Of a stretch of 64,000 nt of DNA, positions 46,183 through 57,057 are shown piece after piece. Position 1 is the first letter of the stretch; each line of letters begins with the position of its first letter. The stretch is from the NCBI GenBank assembly GCA_963844375.1, contig CAWJOI010000032.1, positions 55,221 through 119,220 on the forward strand. Reading direction: 5' to 3'. The DNA comes from an uncultured Alphaproteobacteria bacterium (lineage in GTDB: Bacteria > Pseudomonadota > Alphaproteobacteria > Rhodobacterales > Rhodobacteraceae). Under the pieces are notes generated by a model, which saw only the letters and a program-made list of their open reading frames with translations, was not told the origin of the DNA and made no database searches. The position numbers and the translations under genes are program-made.

Positions 46183-46551
46183 TCAGGGCGGCGTTGCGTG
46201 GAAGGCGTGGGCGAGTGCAAGCTCGGCCGAGTGCCAGGCCATCGCCTCGGCGCTCCAGGGGTCGCCCCGATAGCGCCCGAGCCGGGCGGCGGCCTCGAAG
46301 AAGCCTTGCGCCGGGAGGCCGTCGCCGACGCGGCTGACCACCATGGCGGCGATGAAGGGGTGGCCCTCGGCGGCGTCCTCGGCCATCAGCTCCTCGAGGA
46401 GCGTGGTGACGCTGTGGATGATGTGCGGCGGCGTGAGCCCGATGCCGCGGGCTGCCTCGTGGTAGGTGATGGTGGCCTGCAGCGCCGCGACCATGCGCAG
46501 GTTGACGCGGAGCCGGGCGCGGGGCGGCAGGTCGGGGGTCGGATCGGGCAA
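46183..46551 (-). CDS. Hypothetical protein
   Basis: Protein-like ORF tail (TITYHEAA..GLPAQGFF) between methyltransferase and dapE. Confidence 0.65.
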   Translation of the reverse strand: MPDPTPDLPPRARLRVNLRMVAALQATITYHEAARGIGLTPPHIIHSVTTLLEELMAEDAAEGHPFIAAMVVSRVGDGLPAQGFFEAAARLGRYRGDPWSAEAMAWHSAELALAHAFHATPP

Positions 46552-46571
46552 GGGCGCCTCCGGACTCGGGG

Positions 46572-47586
46572 TCAGCCGCGCCGGGGACGCTCGGCGTGCA
46601 GGACCTTGTAGATGCCGTCCTCGGCGAGCTTTTCCCACTGGCGGAAGGCGCTGGCAAGGACGGCCTCGTAGGGGAGCTGGCGGTTGGCGACGAGAGTGAG
46701 CTGCCCCGACGGCTTGAGGATGCGCCTTGCGGCGGCGATGAAGGCCGCTCCGAGGTCGGGCTCGGGGGTGCGGCCCTGGTGGAAGGGCGGGTTGGCGATG
46801 ACGACGTCGTAGGGGGCCACGCCGGGCCCGAGCCGGGCGACGTCGGCCCAGTGGAAGCGGGCGCGGGGATCGGGGACGTTGGCGCGGGCGGCGTCCAGCG
46901 CCAGCGCCTCGGCCTCGTAGAGATCGAGCTCGGCGATGGAGGGTGATTGCGCGAGCGCCGCCTGCGCCAGCCAGCCCCAGCCGGCGCCGAGGTCGGCCAC
47001 TCGGCCGGAGAGCTTCCCGGCAAGGGCTGCGGCGAGGCGGCGGCTGCCGGGGTCGGCGTGGTCGGGGGAGAACATGCCGGGCGCGGTGAGGAAGCCGTCG
47101 GCGTTGGGCGCCGGTGCGGCGTCGCGCTTCCAGGCCGCCGCGACGTCGGGGAGCATGGCCGGGCGGGTGAGCCAGAAGACCCGCCCGTGCGCCTTGACGA
47201 AGGCGCCGTCGAGCGGCACGGCCTGGGCGACCTGGCGGGCGAGACTGTCGACGCCGTCGGTCTTGGCGCCGGCCACGACCAGCGTGCCGCCGGGCGAGCA
47301 GCAGGTCGAGGCCGCGGGCGACGTTGCCGAGGTTCTCGGCGCGGCTGCGGGTCAGGTTGACGACCACCATCGCGGCCGGCCCCTCGGCCCGGACGGAGAC
47401 GGCGTGGCCGGATTCGGCGAGCGCGTCGTGCAGGGGGCGGAAGGTCTGCTCGCAGCGGAGCCGCTCCGGGGGGACGAGATCGAGGAAGTCGGACGGGGCG
47501 GCGCGGAGGACGAGGATGATTCCCTCGTCGGGGATGGCAAGCTCCCCGGAATGGACCGCGAGCGCGAGGCGATCGACGGAGAGCAT
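46572..47586 (-). CDS. RsmC-like class I SAM methyltransferase (frameshift ~47295)
   Basis: PGMFS..DPGS, ADLGAGWG, NPPFHQG. Confidence 0.88.
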
Positions 47587-47627
47587 CAGAGGGGGGCATC
47601 AGAGGGGGCGCGCCTCGGAGGCGGCCC

Positions 47628-47951
47628 CTACTCCTTTTCCATGGTGCATTGCAGCGGATGCTGGTTCCGCCGGGCGTAGTCCATGACCTGGGTGACCTTG
47701 GTCTCGGCGATCTCGAAGGAAAAGACGCCGACCACGGCCAGGCCCTTGCGGTGCACGGTCATCATGATCTCGAGCGCCTGCTGGTGGCTGGTGCCGAAGA
47801 AGCGCTCCAGCACGTGCACCACGAACTCCATGGGGGTGTAGTCGTCGTTGAGCAAGAGGACCTTGTAGAGCGGCGGCCGCTGGGTGCGGGTGCGCGTCCT
47901 GGTCAGCACGGCGGAGCTGCCGCCTGGCGATTTCGGGTCCGACGCTGACAT
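47628..47951 (-). CDS. clpS: Clp protease adaptor ClpS
   Basis: [25 protein letters not shown]. Confidence 0.96.
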   Translation of the reverse strand: MSASDPKSPGGSSAVLTRTRTRTQRPPLYKVLLLNDDYTPMEFVVHVLERFFGTSHQQALEIMMTVHRKGLAVVGVFSFEIAETKVTQVMDYARRNQHPLQCTMEKE

Positions 47952-48089
47952 CCGTGGGTCCAAGGCAGAAAACGAGGTTCCGTTCTATCGCCACACTATA
48001 GGCGATTGCCGCGATTAGAAAAGGGCGGACGCGGGCCGGCCCGCCCGTGCCAGCACGGAATCAGCCCGGATCCTTAATGCACGACGACG

Positions 48090-48121
48090 AAAAAACCCCG
48101 GCGACACATGGGTCGCCGGGG
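48090..48121 (-). terminator. Rho-independent terminator of phasin transcript
   Basis: CCCCGGCGAC-loop-GTCGCCGGGG-TTTTTT on minus strand. Confidence 0.85.
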
Positions 48122-48195
48122 CAGAACAATAGCACTCTCGTCGGTGCGGACCGCCAGGGAGGAGCAGCGCCGCGTGGACGTACCGATTAATTCAA

Positions 48196-48687
48196 TCAGA
48201 GGCTGAAGGTCTTCATCGCTTCGGTGGCCTTGGTCACCCGGGCGCCGAGGGGCGCAGTGATGTCCTTGGCGGCGGCGACGTAGATCTCGTTCATCTTGGT
48301 CGCCTGGGAGACGAAGCCCTCGAACGCCGACTGGGCGTAGGAAGTCTGCTTCTCGAAGAGCTCGGTCATGGTCTTGGCCGAGGCGAAATCCTGGGCGGCG
48401 GCCACGCCGTCCTCGAAGGACTTCTTGGAGTAGGCGCTGATCTCGGTGCCGATGCCCTCGGCTGCCTTGGCGGCGATCTCGGACGACTTCACGATCGCGT
48501 CGACATTCTCCTGGCTGAAGGCGGTCAGGCCCTCGAAGCCCTTCGACAGCTTCTCGAACTGCTCGGTGACGGTCTTCTGCGTGTCGGCGACGAAGCTCTC
48601 GACCTTGGCGGTCGCTTCCTGCATGACGTTGGCCACGTCCAGGGTGGTCTCGTTGGCGGCCGCCTTGGCGGTGGTGCGGGTGCTCAT
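48196..48687 (-). CDS. phaP: Phasin (PHA granule protein)
   Basis: Ala/Lys/Glu-rich helical Phasin_2 pattern; phasin-clpS synteny; upstream TGC boxes. Confidence 0.85.
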   Translation of the reverse strand: MSTRTTAKAAANETTLDVANVMQEATAKVESFVADTQKTVTEQFEKLSKGFEGLTAFSQENVDAIVKSSEIAAKAAEGIGTEISAYSKKSFEDGVAAAQDFASAKTMTELFEKQTSYAQSAFEGFVSQATKMNEIYVAAAKDITAPLGARVTKATEAMKTFSL

Positions 48688-48733
48688 TTCGATCTCCGGT
48701 CTGGTGTTTTCGATGACCGTGATATAGCGATTG

Positions 48734-48773
48734 ATGCTGCACTGCGTCAAGGGGTTTATGCTGCACTGCGTCA
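48734..48773 (-). promoter_or_regulatory. Tandem PhaR-type operators
   Basis: ATGCTGCACTGCGTCA exact at 48734-48749 and 48758-48773. Confidence 0.75.
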
Positions 48774-48943
48774 TAAAATTTGCCGAGGCATTTAGGCCAC
48801 GCATGAGCCCCGGCCGGGCAGTCCTTGAAACAAGGCTATTTTCTGCGCCGGACTCTCGTGCTAGCTTAACCCAAAATAAAGCAATCGCCTGCTAGCGTTT
48901 GCGACAAACCCGAGGCAAGGCGCACCGCGCGCCGGAGGCAGTG

Positions 48944-50444
48944 ATGGTCCAGACCGTGTCGCGCGGGGTGATTCTCGCCGTTTGCTTGACGTTTTGTGCG
49001 GCCATCGCCCAGGCCCAGCAGTACGCCGCCCTGGTCATGGATGCGCGCAACGGCAAGGTGATCCACGCGGTCAACGCGGACACGAAGCTGCATCCGGCCT
49101 CGCTGACCAAGATGATGACGCTCTATATCGTCTTCGACCAGGTCCGGCAGGGGCGCCTGTCGCTCGACCAGAAGATCACCGTCTCGGCCAATGCCGCCGC
49201 CCAGCCGCCCTCGCGGCTCGGGCTGAAGACCGGGCAGAAGATCGAGCTGCGCTACCTGATCCGCGCGGCGGCGATCAAGTCGGCGAACGACGCGGCGACG
49301 GCCATGGGCGACGCCATCGGCGGATCCGAGGAGGGATTCGCCCGGATGATGAACCAGTATGCCCGCGCCATGGGCATGACGAGCACCACCTTCAAGAACG
49401 CGAACGGCCTGACGCGGACCGGCCACCTGTCGACCGCGCGCGACATGTCGGTCCTGGGGCGGCGGCTCGTCTACGACTTCCCGCAGTACTACAACATCTT
49501 CGGCCGCACCTCGACCTCGGCCGGCATCGCCACGGTGAAGAACACCAACCGCCGGGTGCTGGAGGCCTATACCGGCGCCGACGGGATCAAGACCGGCTAC
49601 ACCAAGGCGGCCGGGCTTCAACGTCGTCTCCTCGGCGCAGCGCGGCGACAAGCGGGTGATCGTGGCGGTTTTCGGCGGCAAGTCGTCCGGGTCGCGCAAC
49701 GCGGAGGCCGAGCGGCTGATGGACGTGGGCTTCTCGAAGATGCCCGCAAGCGTGCGGGTGACGGCGCCCGCTCCGCTCCGCGGGGTGATGGTGGCCTCCG
49801 CCGCGCTCGCCAAGGCCACCGCCGTGACGCGTGGATCGGCGACCTCCGAGGTCGTGGCGCTGGCGGACGGGTCGCTGGCCGCGCCCGCCCGGCCGCTGCC
49901 GCGGACGCTGGACGGCGCGCAGATCGCCCGCAACAGCGCGACCATCGCCGCGGCGATCGCCGAGGTGAACGCCGAACTGACCGCCGGACAGGCGACCCGC
50001 AGCGCGCCGGTGATGGCGCCGCGTGACGGGCGTCCGATGCCTCGGCCCTCTTCCGCAGTGGCCGCCGCGCCGGCGAAAGCGAACTCGCCGTCGACCTTCG
50101 CCATCGCCGACCCGGCGACGCGCCCGGTCCGCAGCAAGGTCGCGGAGCCCGGGGCGATCGAGGTTGCGAGCGCCGGCACCGGGACCACCGGCGGCAACGA
50201 CTGGGGCGTGCAGCTCGGGGCCTACCGCGCCAAGGGCGACGCCGAGCGGCAGCTGCTCACCACCGCGCTCAAGGACGTGCCGCAGCTGAGCGGCGGGTTG
50301 CGCCGGGTCGAGGCGGCGCGGGTGCAGGGCGTGACCGTCTATCGGGCCCAGTTCGTCGGCCTGAGCCAGTCCGAGGCGCTGGCCGCCTGCGCCAGCCTGG
50401 CGCAGATGCAGGCGGACTGCCTGCCGCTGGCGCCGGGCATCTGA
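48944..50444 (+). CDS. D-alanyl-D-alanine carboxypeptidase (S11) with SPOR domain (frameshift ~49615)
   Basis: PASLTK, SAND, GIKTGYT, WGVQLGAY. Confidence 0.9.
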
Positions 50445-50451
50445 ACCGCCG

Positions 50452-51502
50452 TCAGGCGGCGCCGCGCGACCGCGGCACGATCTCGAGGATGGTGTCGCCG
50501 GGCTGCAGCGCCGCCGATTCCGGCTCCCAGAAGCCGAAGGACTTGTCGCCGCGGTAGATCCGCACGCCGAGGCCGGTGCCGATCGACGAGAGCGGCCGGC
50601 CGGTCTCGGCGACGGTGACCTTGCGCTCGGTCAGCGCCACCTTGCCGTCGGTGGCCGCGAGGTCGGCCATGTACTCCGCGATGTGCGGGCCGTGCGCCGA
50701 CCCGGCCAGCAGCAGCCCGGCGAAGCTCGCCGGGTTGATGACGGTGGTGGCGCCGGCCTGCCGCGCCAGCTCCTCGTTGTCGTCGGCCTTGACCACGACG
50801 CTGATCGCGATCTGCGGCGCCATGCCGCGCGCGGTCAGCACGATCAGGATCGAGGTGTCGTCGCGCCCGGCGGAGACCGCCATGCAGCGGGCGCGGCCGA
50901 TCTTCACCGCCTCGAGGGTGGCGTTGCGGGTGGCGTCGCCCTCCAGCACCGCGACGCCCAGGCCCTCGGCTTCCGCCAGCGCGGTCGGGCGGACGTCGAC
51001 GACCACGATCTGCTTGGGGGGAAAGCCGCGGCGGATCAGCTCGCGGACCGTCTCCTCGCCGCTGGTGCCGAAGCCGGCGACGATGACGTGGTCGTGCAGA
51101 TGCTGCTGGATGCGGTTCATCACCCATGCCTCCCAGACGTTGCGCAAGAGGAACTGATAGGCGGTCCCGAGGAAGATCAGCCAGACGAAGATGCGAATCG
51201 GCGTGACGAGGAAGGTGTCGAACATCCGCGCCCGGTCGGTGACCGGCACGATGTCGCCATAGCCGACCGTCGTCACCGTGATCATGGTGAAGTAGAGGAC
51301 GTCGGTGAAGCTGATCTCGCCGTCGACGTTGTCGCGCAGGCCGCCGCGGTCGAGCCAGTGCGCCGTCAGCGCGATCCCGATCAGCCCGAAGACCAGCAGG
51401 ATCCGCAGCAGCAGCGACATCCAGCCGGGCGTGCCGGAGGCGCGCCGGAGCACCAGTCGCGAGGGTGGCGGCGCGCGGCGGAAGCGCGCCCGGCGGGAGC
51501 AT
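50452..51502 (-). CDS. Potassium channel with RCK (TrkA-N) domain
   Basis: TVTTVGYGD filter, VAGFGTSG, GDAT; probable frameshift near 5' end. Confidence 0.92.
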
Positions 51503-52308
51503 CAGGCGGCGACGGAGACGGCGGGGAGGTCGAGGGCGCGGACGAGGTCGCGCACCTCCTGGCGGGCGGCGATGTTCGACATGCTCATGGCCTGGGGATC
51601 GGTCTCGCGCAGGTCGAGCAGCGTCAGGCCGGAGAGGAAGAGCTCGCGGAACACCACGCGCTCGGAGAAGCCCGGGATCAGCCGGAAGCCGATGCGGCGG
51701 GCCAGCTCGTCGAGCGCGGTGGCGACGCGGCGCTTGTTGCGGGCGTCGAGGGTGGCCATGCGGTTGCGCAGGACGACCCAGTCCATCGGGCGTCGTCCGC
51801 TGGCGGCGCGGGCCTGGCGGGCCTTCCAGACCATCTCGGAATAGACCGAGGGGCCCTTGATCGCGCCGGAGCCGGGGTCGAGGCGGGCGAGCATGTCGAA
51901 GTCGACGAGGCTGTCGTTCATCGGCGTGATCAGCGTGTCGGCGGCCGAGTGGGCGAGGCGCGAGTAGGTGCTGTAGGAGCCGGGACAGTCGATCACGATG
52001 TAGTCGGCGCCCGCGAGCTCGGCGAGGGCTGCGGCGAAGCGCGCCTCGTCCTCTGCCTCGGCTTCGGCGCGGCTGTCGAGCGTGCTCGCCTCGAGCACGA
52101 TGCGGCGCGGCATCGGCAGCACCATGTCGTGCCGGCGCATGTAGTCCTGGCGGTTGTCGAGGTAGCGGAAGAGGCTCTTCTGGCGGAGGTCGAGGTCGAG
52201 CGCCCCGACCGCGTGGCCGGCGCGGACCAGCGCGGTGATCAGGTGCATGGCGGTGGTGGACTTGCCGGAGCCGCCCTTCTCGTTTCCCATCACGATCAGT
52301 CGCGCCAT
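51502..52308 (-). CDS. mipZ: Division plane positioning ATPase MipZ
   Basis: GNEKGGSGKSTT, IDCPG, TPMNDSLVDFD, ERVVFRELF. Confidence 0.93.
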   Translation of the reverse strand: MARLIVMGNEKGGSGKSTTAMHLITALVRAGHAVGALDLDLRQKSLFRYLDNRQDYMRRHDMVLPMPRRIVLEASTLDSRAEAEAEDEARFAAALAELAGADYIVIDCPGSYSTYSRLAHSAADTLITPMNDSLVDFDMLARLDPGSGAIKGPSVYSEMVWKARQARAASGRRPMDWVVLRNRMATLDARNKRRVATALDELARRIGFRLIPGFSERVVFRELFLSGLTLLDLRETDPQAMSMSNIAARQEVRDLVRALDLPAVSVAA

Positions 52309-52472
52309 GCAGACCTCGGAACCAAATGGCGCGCCCCTGTTGAGGCGCACCACCAGATTTAGACGATCAGCGTGATTCCGGGAAGAGAATTCGCTGCCGG
52401 CGGTCTGATGCCTTGACCGTCGTGCACGCGGGAACGCAGCATGCCGCAAAGGCCTGCATTCAGGGGACCGAC

Positions 52473-53071
52473 ATGGCGGAAGCTGCAAGCGAGAACGCTG
52501 CGCCTGGCGCGCGGATCCGTTGATCTGGGGGCGGGGACCGAGGACGTTCGAGGCCTTCCTCGAGCCGACCTGCCCCTATTCCGCCAAGGCGTTCCCGAAG
52601 CTCGGCGAACTCCTGCCCTTGGCCGGCGAGGACCGGCTGACCGTCAAGATTCGCCTGCTGTCGCAGCCCTGGCACCTGTTCTCGGGAATCGTCAGCCGGG
52701 CGATTCTGGCCGCCTCGACCACCGAGGGCGGACGCGAGGCAGCCCGGCGGGTGATGGCTGCGGTCTATGCGAACCGCGAGGCGTTCGAGTTCACCCGGCA
52801 CTGTTCCGGCGCCAACATGGACGAAACGCCGAACGGGATTCTCGAGCGGATCGAGGCGTTGAGCGGGGTGAGCGTGGCCGAAGCCTTCGCGATCCCGGAT
52901 CTGGACCGCGAGATCAGATGGCACACCCGGTACGCGCGGCAGAACGGGGCGCATACCACGCCGACCTTCATGATCGACGGGATCATCCGCTCCGAGCTGT
53001 CCAGCGGCGACCCGGTGGAGCGGTGGCTGGAAGCCCTGGCGCTGGACGACCCGGCCTCCGCCCCGAGGTAG
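52473..53071 (+). CDS. DsbA/thioredoxin-fold protein with CPYS motif (frameshift near 5' end)
   Basis: FLEPTCPYS, QPWH, TPTFMIDG cis-Pro loop. Confidence 0.8.
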
Positions 53072-53118
53072 CTGGGGGACCTCCCTCCTCAGGACCGGAA
53101 AAGCGGGGAGTTCGAGCC

Positions 53119-53301
53119 CTAAGGTCGGAAGACCGATAGGGCGGCGCGAATCCACAGCAGGAAGCGGCTGCGGCGGGTATCCTCCCTGGGCGGAAAGCTG
53201 AGGCGGGAGGGCGGGTCGAGGATCCAGGGCGCGTCGAGATCCCAGGACGCGTCATCGCGCGCCGTGGGTTTCTCGATGAAGGCGGTGTCGATCGGGGCCA
53301 T
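53119..53301 (-). CDS. Possible small protein (60 aa)
   Basis: ATG preceded by GGAG; no recognisable motif. Confidence 0.35.
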   Translation of the reverse strand: MAPIDTAFIEKPTARDDASWDLDAPWILDPPSRLSFPPREDTRRSRFLLWIRAALSVFRP

Positions 53302-53484
53302 GGGACGTCTCCGCTCGGATCGTCATGACGACGATGTCACGCGGAGGGTTTCCGTTCTGTGAACGCGTTCACAAAAGAACAGCAGCACGCACGTCAACCG
53401 ATCCTGCGATCGAGTTAACGCGCGCTGATCATCTTAACAGAATCAGATACTTGACCGGAGCCCGCACGCGTGCGACCTCGCGCG

Positions 53485-53707
53485 TCAGAAGCCGAGGCCC
53501 TCGTACTTCTTCTTGAACTTGGACACGCGGCCGCCGGTGTCCATCAGCTTGTGCGAGCCGCCGGTCCAGGCCGGGTGGGCGCGAGGGATCGATCTCGAGC
53601 GCCAGCGTGTCGCCCTCCTCGCCGTAGGTCGAGCGGGTGCGGTAGGTCGTGCCGTCGATGAGCTTGACCTCGATGAAGTGGTAGTCGGGGTGGATTCCGT
53701 CTCTCAT
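53485..53707 (-). CDS. rpmE: 50S ribosomal protein L31 (frameshift ~53580)
   Basis: [26 protein letters not shown]. Confidence 0.95.
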
Positions 53708-53718
53708 GGTCCTGCTCC

Positions 53719-54096
53719 TCAGCCTTCGGTCTTTTCGCGGTAGTTGGTCTTCTCGACGATGCGGGCGGATTTGCCGCGGCGCTCGCGCAGGTAGTAGAGC
53801 TTGGCCCGGCGGACCTTGCCGCGGCGGACCACGGTGATCGAGTTGATGTTCGGCGAGTGCAGCGGGAAGACGCGCTCGACGCCCTCGCCGAAGCTGATCT
53901 TGCGCACGGTGAAGCTGGCGGCGATGCCCGAGCCGTTGTTGCGGGCGATCACCACGCCCTCGTAGGCCTGCACGCGCGAGCGCGAGCCCTCGGTGACCTT
54001 GTAGCCGACCCGCACCGTGTCGCCGGCGGCGAAGTCGGGAATGTCCTTGGCCAGCGCCTTGATCTGCTCGGCCTCGAGCTCAGCGATCAGGTTCAT
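53719..54096 (-). CDS. rplS: 50S ribosomal protein L19
   Basis: [30 protein letters not shown]. Confidence 0.97.
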   Translation of the reverse strand: MNLIAELEAEQIKALAKDIPDFAAGDTVRVGYKVTEGSRSRVQAYEGVVIARNNGSGIAASFTVRKISFGEGVERVFPLHSPNINSITVVRRGKVRRAKLYYLRERRGKSARIVEKTNYREKTEG

Positions 54097-54889
54097 CGCC
54101 ATCGTCCTTCTCATGCCCGCCTGTTGCGGCGGTGGTGTGCGCGTCCGAGAGCTCTGCGTCTCCTGCCGGGTGCTCTCCCGTGGCCTTCGCCACGTAGGCC
54201 CGCCAGAGGTCGGGACGACGTTCCTTGGTCAGCCTCTCCGCCTGGGAGCGTCGCCAGGCGGCGATGCGTCCGTGGTGCCCCGAGAGGAGAACCTCGGGTA
54301 TCCGCAGACCTTCCCATTCGGTCGGGCGGGTGTAGTGCGGAAACTCCAAAAGGCCGGCGGAGAAGGATTCCTCCACCGTCGAGTCGGCATTCCCGAGGAC
54401 GCGGGGTATAAGCCTGACGCGTGGCGTCGATCAAGGCCATTGCCGCGATCTCGCCGCCGGTCAGGACGAAGTCGCCGAGGCTGACCTCCTCGACCGCCCG
54501 CGCCTGCAGCACCCGCTCGTCCACCCCCTCGAAGCGCCCGCAGAGCAGCGTCACGCCCGGCCCCTCCGCCAGCGCCCGCGCCCGCGCCTGGTCGAACGGC
54601 CGGCCGCGGGGAGAGAGGTAGAGCACCGGCCAGTCCGCGGCGGCAGCGTCGAGCGCCGCGGCGGCGACGTCGGCCCGCATCACCATCCCCGCCCCGCCGC
54701 CCGCCGGGGTGTCGTCCACCGTCCGGTGGCGGTCGGTGGCGACGTCGCGGATGTTGCGGGGCTCGAGCCGCCAGAGGCCCTCGGCCAGCGCCCGGCCGGT
54801 GAGCGAATGGCCGAGCGGGCCGGGAAACATCTCCGGGAAGAGGGTGAGGACGCGGGCGGTCCAGGCGCCGAGGTCGGAGGCGTGCTCAT
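54080..54889 (-). CDS. trmD: tRNA (guanine-N1)-methyltransferase (frameshifted)
   Basis: [38 protein letters not shown]. Confidence 0.95.
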
Positions 54890-55390
54890 GGATCCGAGGG
54901 CGGGTCGGCGACGATGCGGCGGGCGGCGAGATCGACGGTGGGGACGACGGCGCGGGTGAACGGGAGCAGGAGGTCCGGAGCGCCGGGGCGGGCGATCTCG
55001 AGGATGTCGCCGGCGCCGTGGTCGAGGACGGCGCGGACGGTGCCCAGCAGCGCGCCGCCGGTGTCGAGGACCGCGAGGCCGATGAGGTCGGCGTGGTAGA
55101 ACTCGTCGTCGGCCAGCGGCGGCAGGCGGTCGCGCGGGGCGTAGAGGCGCGTGCCCTTGAGCGCCTCGGCCTCCTCGCGGGTGGCGACGCCGGTCAGCCG
55201 CGCCGCGAAGGCGCCGGGGATCGGGTGGAGGAGGCGCACGCCGAAGCTGCGGCCGTCCTCGGTGACGAGCGGGCGCATAGCCGGCGATGGCGGCGGGGTC
55301 GGCGCAGAAGGACTTCAGCCGCACCTCGCCCTGGACGCCGAAGCCGCCGGCGATGGCGCCGACGCAGGTGAGGCCGGCGGGGTCAGCCAT
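54886..55390 (-). CDS. rimM: Ribosome maturation factor RimM (frameshift ~55275)
   Basis: [30 protein letters not shown]. Confidence 0.93.
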
Positions 55391-55812
55391 CGCTGGCCTC
55401 CCGCATGCGCCGCCTCGATCAGGGCGAAGTCCTCGGGCGGGACGGCGAAGAGGCCGCGGCGGAAGGCCATGCCCCAGTGGCTGCCCTTGTCGCGGGTGAA
55501 GCCGAGCTGCGGCAGCAGCGGCCGGACCGGGGTGCGGCGCAGGATCGTGTAGGCGGCGCGGCGGACCTGCGCCTCGAAGTCGCCGATGAGCCGCGGGCCG
55601 GGGACTGCATCGAGGATGCGCCCGAGGGCGACGAAGGCCTGCACGGGGTCGCCGGCGCCGAGGCGCTCGCGCGGGGCATAGTAGACGAAGCGATCCCCCG
55701 CCGCCGGCCGGGCGGCGGCGCGCCCGTCGCCGTGCGAGCAGGCGAAGAAGCCGTCCCGCGCCGCCGAGGCGGCGTGGTCGGCCGAGATCACCGCGACCCA
55801 GGGGCCGGCCAT
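55383..55812 (-). CDS. EVE-domain protein
   Basis: [37 protein letters not shown]. Confidence 0.82.
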
Positions 55813-55815
55813 GTC

Positions 55816-56190
55816 CTACTCGGCGGGGGCTTCCGCGGCGGGCTCGGCGGGGGCGGCGGCCTTGTCGGCGCGGGCCTTGGCGCGCTCGAGCGCCGCCTTG
55901 CCGGGCTGGCCGGCCTTGGGGTTGGAGCGGGCCTTCTTCTCGGTGATGCCGGCGGCCTCGAGGAAGCGGGCGACGCGGTCGGTGGCCTGGGCGCCCTGGC
56001 CGAGCCAGTACTGCACCCGCTCGAGGTCGATCTTCACCCGGCCCTCGTTGTCCTTGGGCAGCAGCGGGTCGTAGGTGCCGAGCTTCTCGATGAAGCGGCC
56101 GTCGCGGGCGGAGCGGCTGTCGGCGGCGACGATCGAATAGTGCGGGCGCTTCTTGGACCCGCCGCGGGCGAGCCGGATCTTCATGGCCAT
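55816..56190 (-). CDS. rpsP: 30S ribosomal protein S16
   Basis: [29 protein letters not shown]. Confidence 0.97.
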   Translation of the reverse strand: MAMKIRLARGGSKKRPHYSIVAADSRSARDGRFIEKLGTYDPLLPKDNEGRVKIDLERVQYWLGQGAQATDRVARFLEAAGITEKKARSNPKAGQPGKAALERAKARADKAAAPAEPAAEAPAE

Positions 56191-56194
56191 GGTG

Positions 56195-56548
56195 TCAGTC
56201 TCCTTGTGGTGTGGGTGGTGGGCCGGGATCGATGTCCGGCCCGTTTTCGAGATGGCTCTCGTGGTGCCTGATGACTTCCGAGATGATGAAGTTCAGGAAT
56301 TTGCGGGCGAACTCGGGGTCGAGGTCGGCTTCCTCGGCCAGCCGCTCGAGGCGGGCGATCTGCACGGACTTCGCGCGCGGGGTCGGAGGGCGGCAGGCCG
56401 TGCTGGGCCTTGAGCACGCCCGACGGCCTGGGTGTGCTTGAAGCGCTCGGCGAGGGTGAAGACGAGGATCGCGTCGAGCCGGTCGATCGAACTCGCGGTG
56501 GCCGCGCAGCAGGTCGGCGGCGCGGCGGATGGCGTCGGAGCGGGTCAT
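56195..56548 (-). CDS. Monofunctional chorismate mutase (frameshifted)
   Basis: [44 protein letters not shown]. Confidence 0.88.
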   Translation of the reverse strand: MTRSDAIRRAADLLRGHREFDRPARRDPRLHPRRALQAHPGRRACSRPSTACRPPTPRAKSVQIARLERLAEEADLDPEFARKFLNFIISEVIRHHESHLENGPDIDPGPPPTPQGD

Positions 56549-57057
56549 TGGCGCGCCTCCGGGCGCGGGGTGGCGGAACACGAGGTCCCAGGGGAAGAGC
56601 GGCGGCGGCCGGGTCCTCGGTGCAGCCGAGGCGGCGGGCGACCGCGATCGAGCGGGTGTTGTCGGGGTTCGACGTAGCTGACGGCGGTGGGCCAGCCGAG
56701 CGTGCCGTAGGCGAAGGCGCGGACGGCGCGGGCGCCCTCGGTGGCGTAGCCCGGCCCTCGAAGCCGGCGAAGAGCAGCCAGCCGATCTCGCGCTCGGGGA
56801 AGTGCGGCGGCTAGTTGAGGCAGACCTGGCCGGCGAAGGCGCCGGTCGCCTTCTCCTCGATCGCCCAGGCGCCGAAGCCCATGAGCTCCCAGGCGCCGAC
56901 GTCCGCCCCGAAGGCTTGCCAGGCGCGCTCCGCATGACGGCCCGCCGAGGAAGCGGGAGGCGTCGGAGGCGAGGAAGGCGGCCATCGGCGGGAAGTCCTC
57001 CATCCGGTGCGGGCGGAGGACGAGGCGCTCGGTCTCGATGACGGGTGCGGCGGTCAT
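56545..57057 (-). CDS. GNAT (RimJ/RimL-like) acetyltransferase (frameshifted)
   Basis: IETERLVLRP, GYATEGA, SIAVARRLG. Confidence 0.85.
   Translation of the reverse strand: MTAAPVIETERLVLRPHRMEDFPPMAAFLASDASRFLGGPSCGARLASLRGGRRRLGAHGLRRLGDRGEGDRRLRRPGLPQLAAALPRARDRLAALRRLRGPGYATEGARAVRAFAYGTLGWPTAVSYVEPRQHPLDRGRPPPRLHRGPGRRRSSPGTSCSATPRPEARQ

Noticed and set aside
46183-47586. Fusion of methyltransferase N-terminus to the downstream hypothetical protein
   Set aside because: Frameshift artefact; the catalytic domain lies in frame 46572-47276
48866-48880. CtrA-like TTAA-N7-TAAA upstream of the D-Ala-D-Ala carboxypeptidase
   Set aside because: Single imperfect match in an AT-rich promoter; plausible but unsupported
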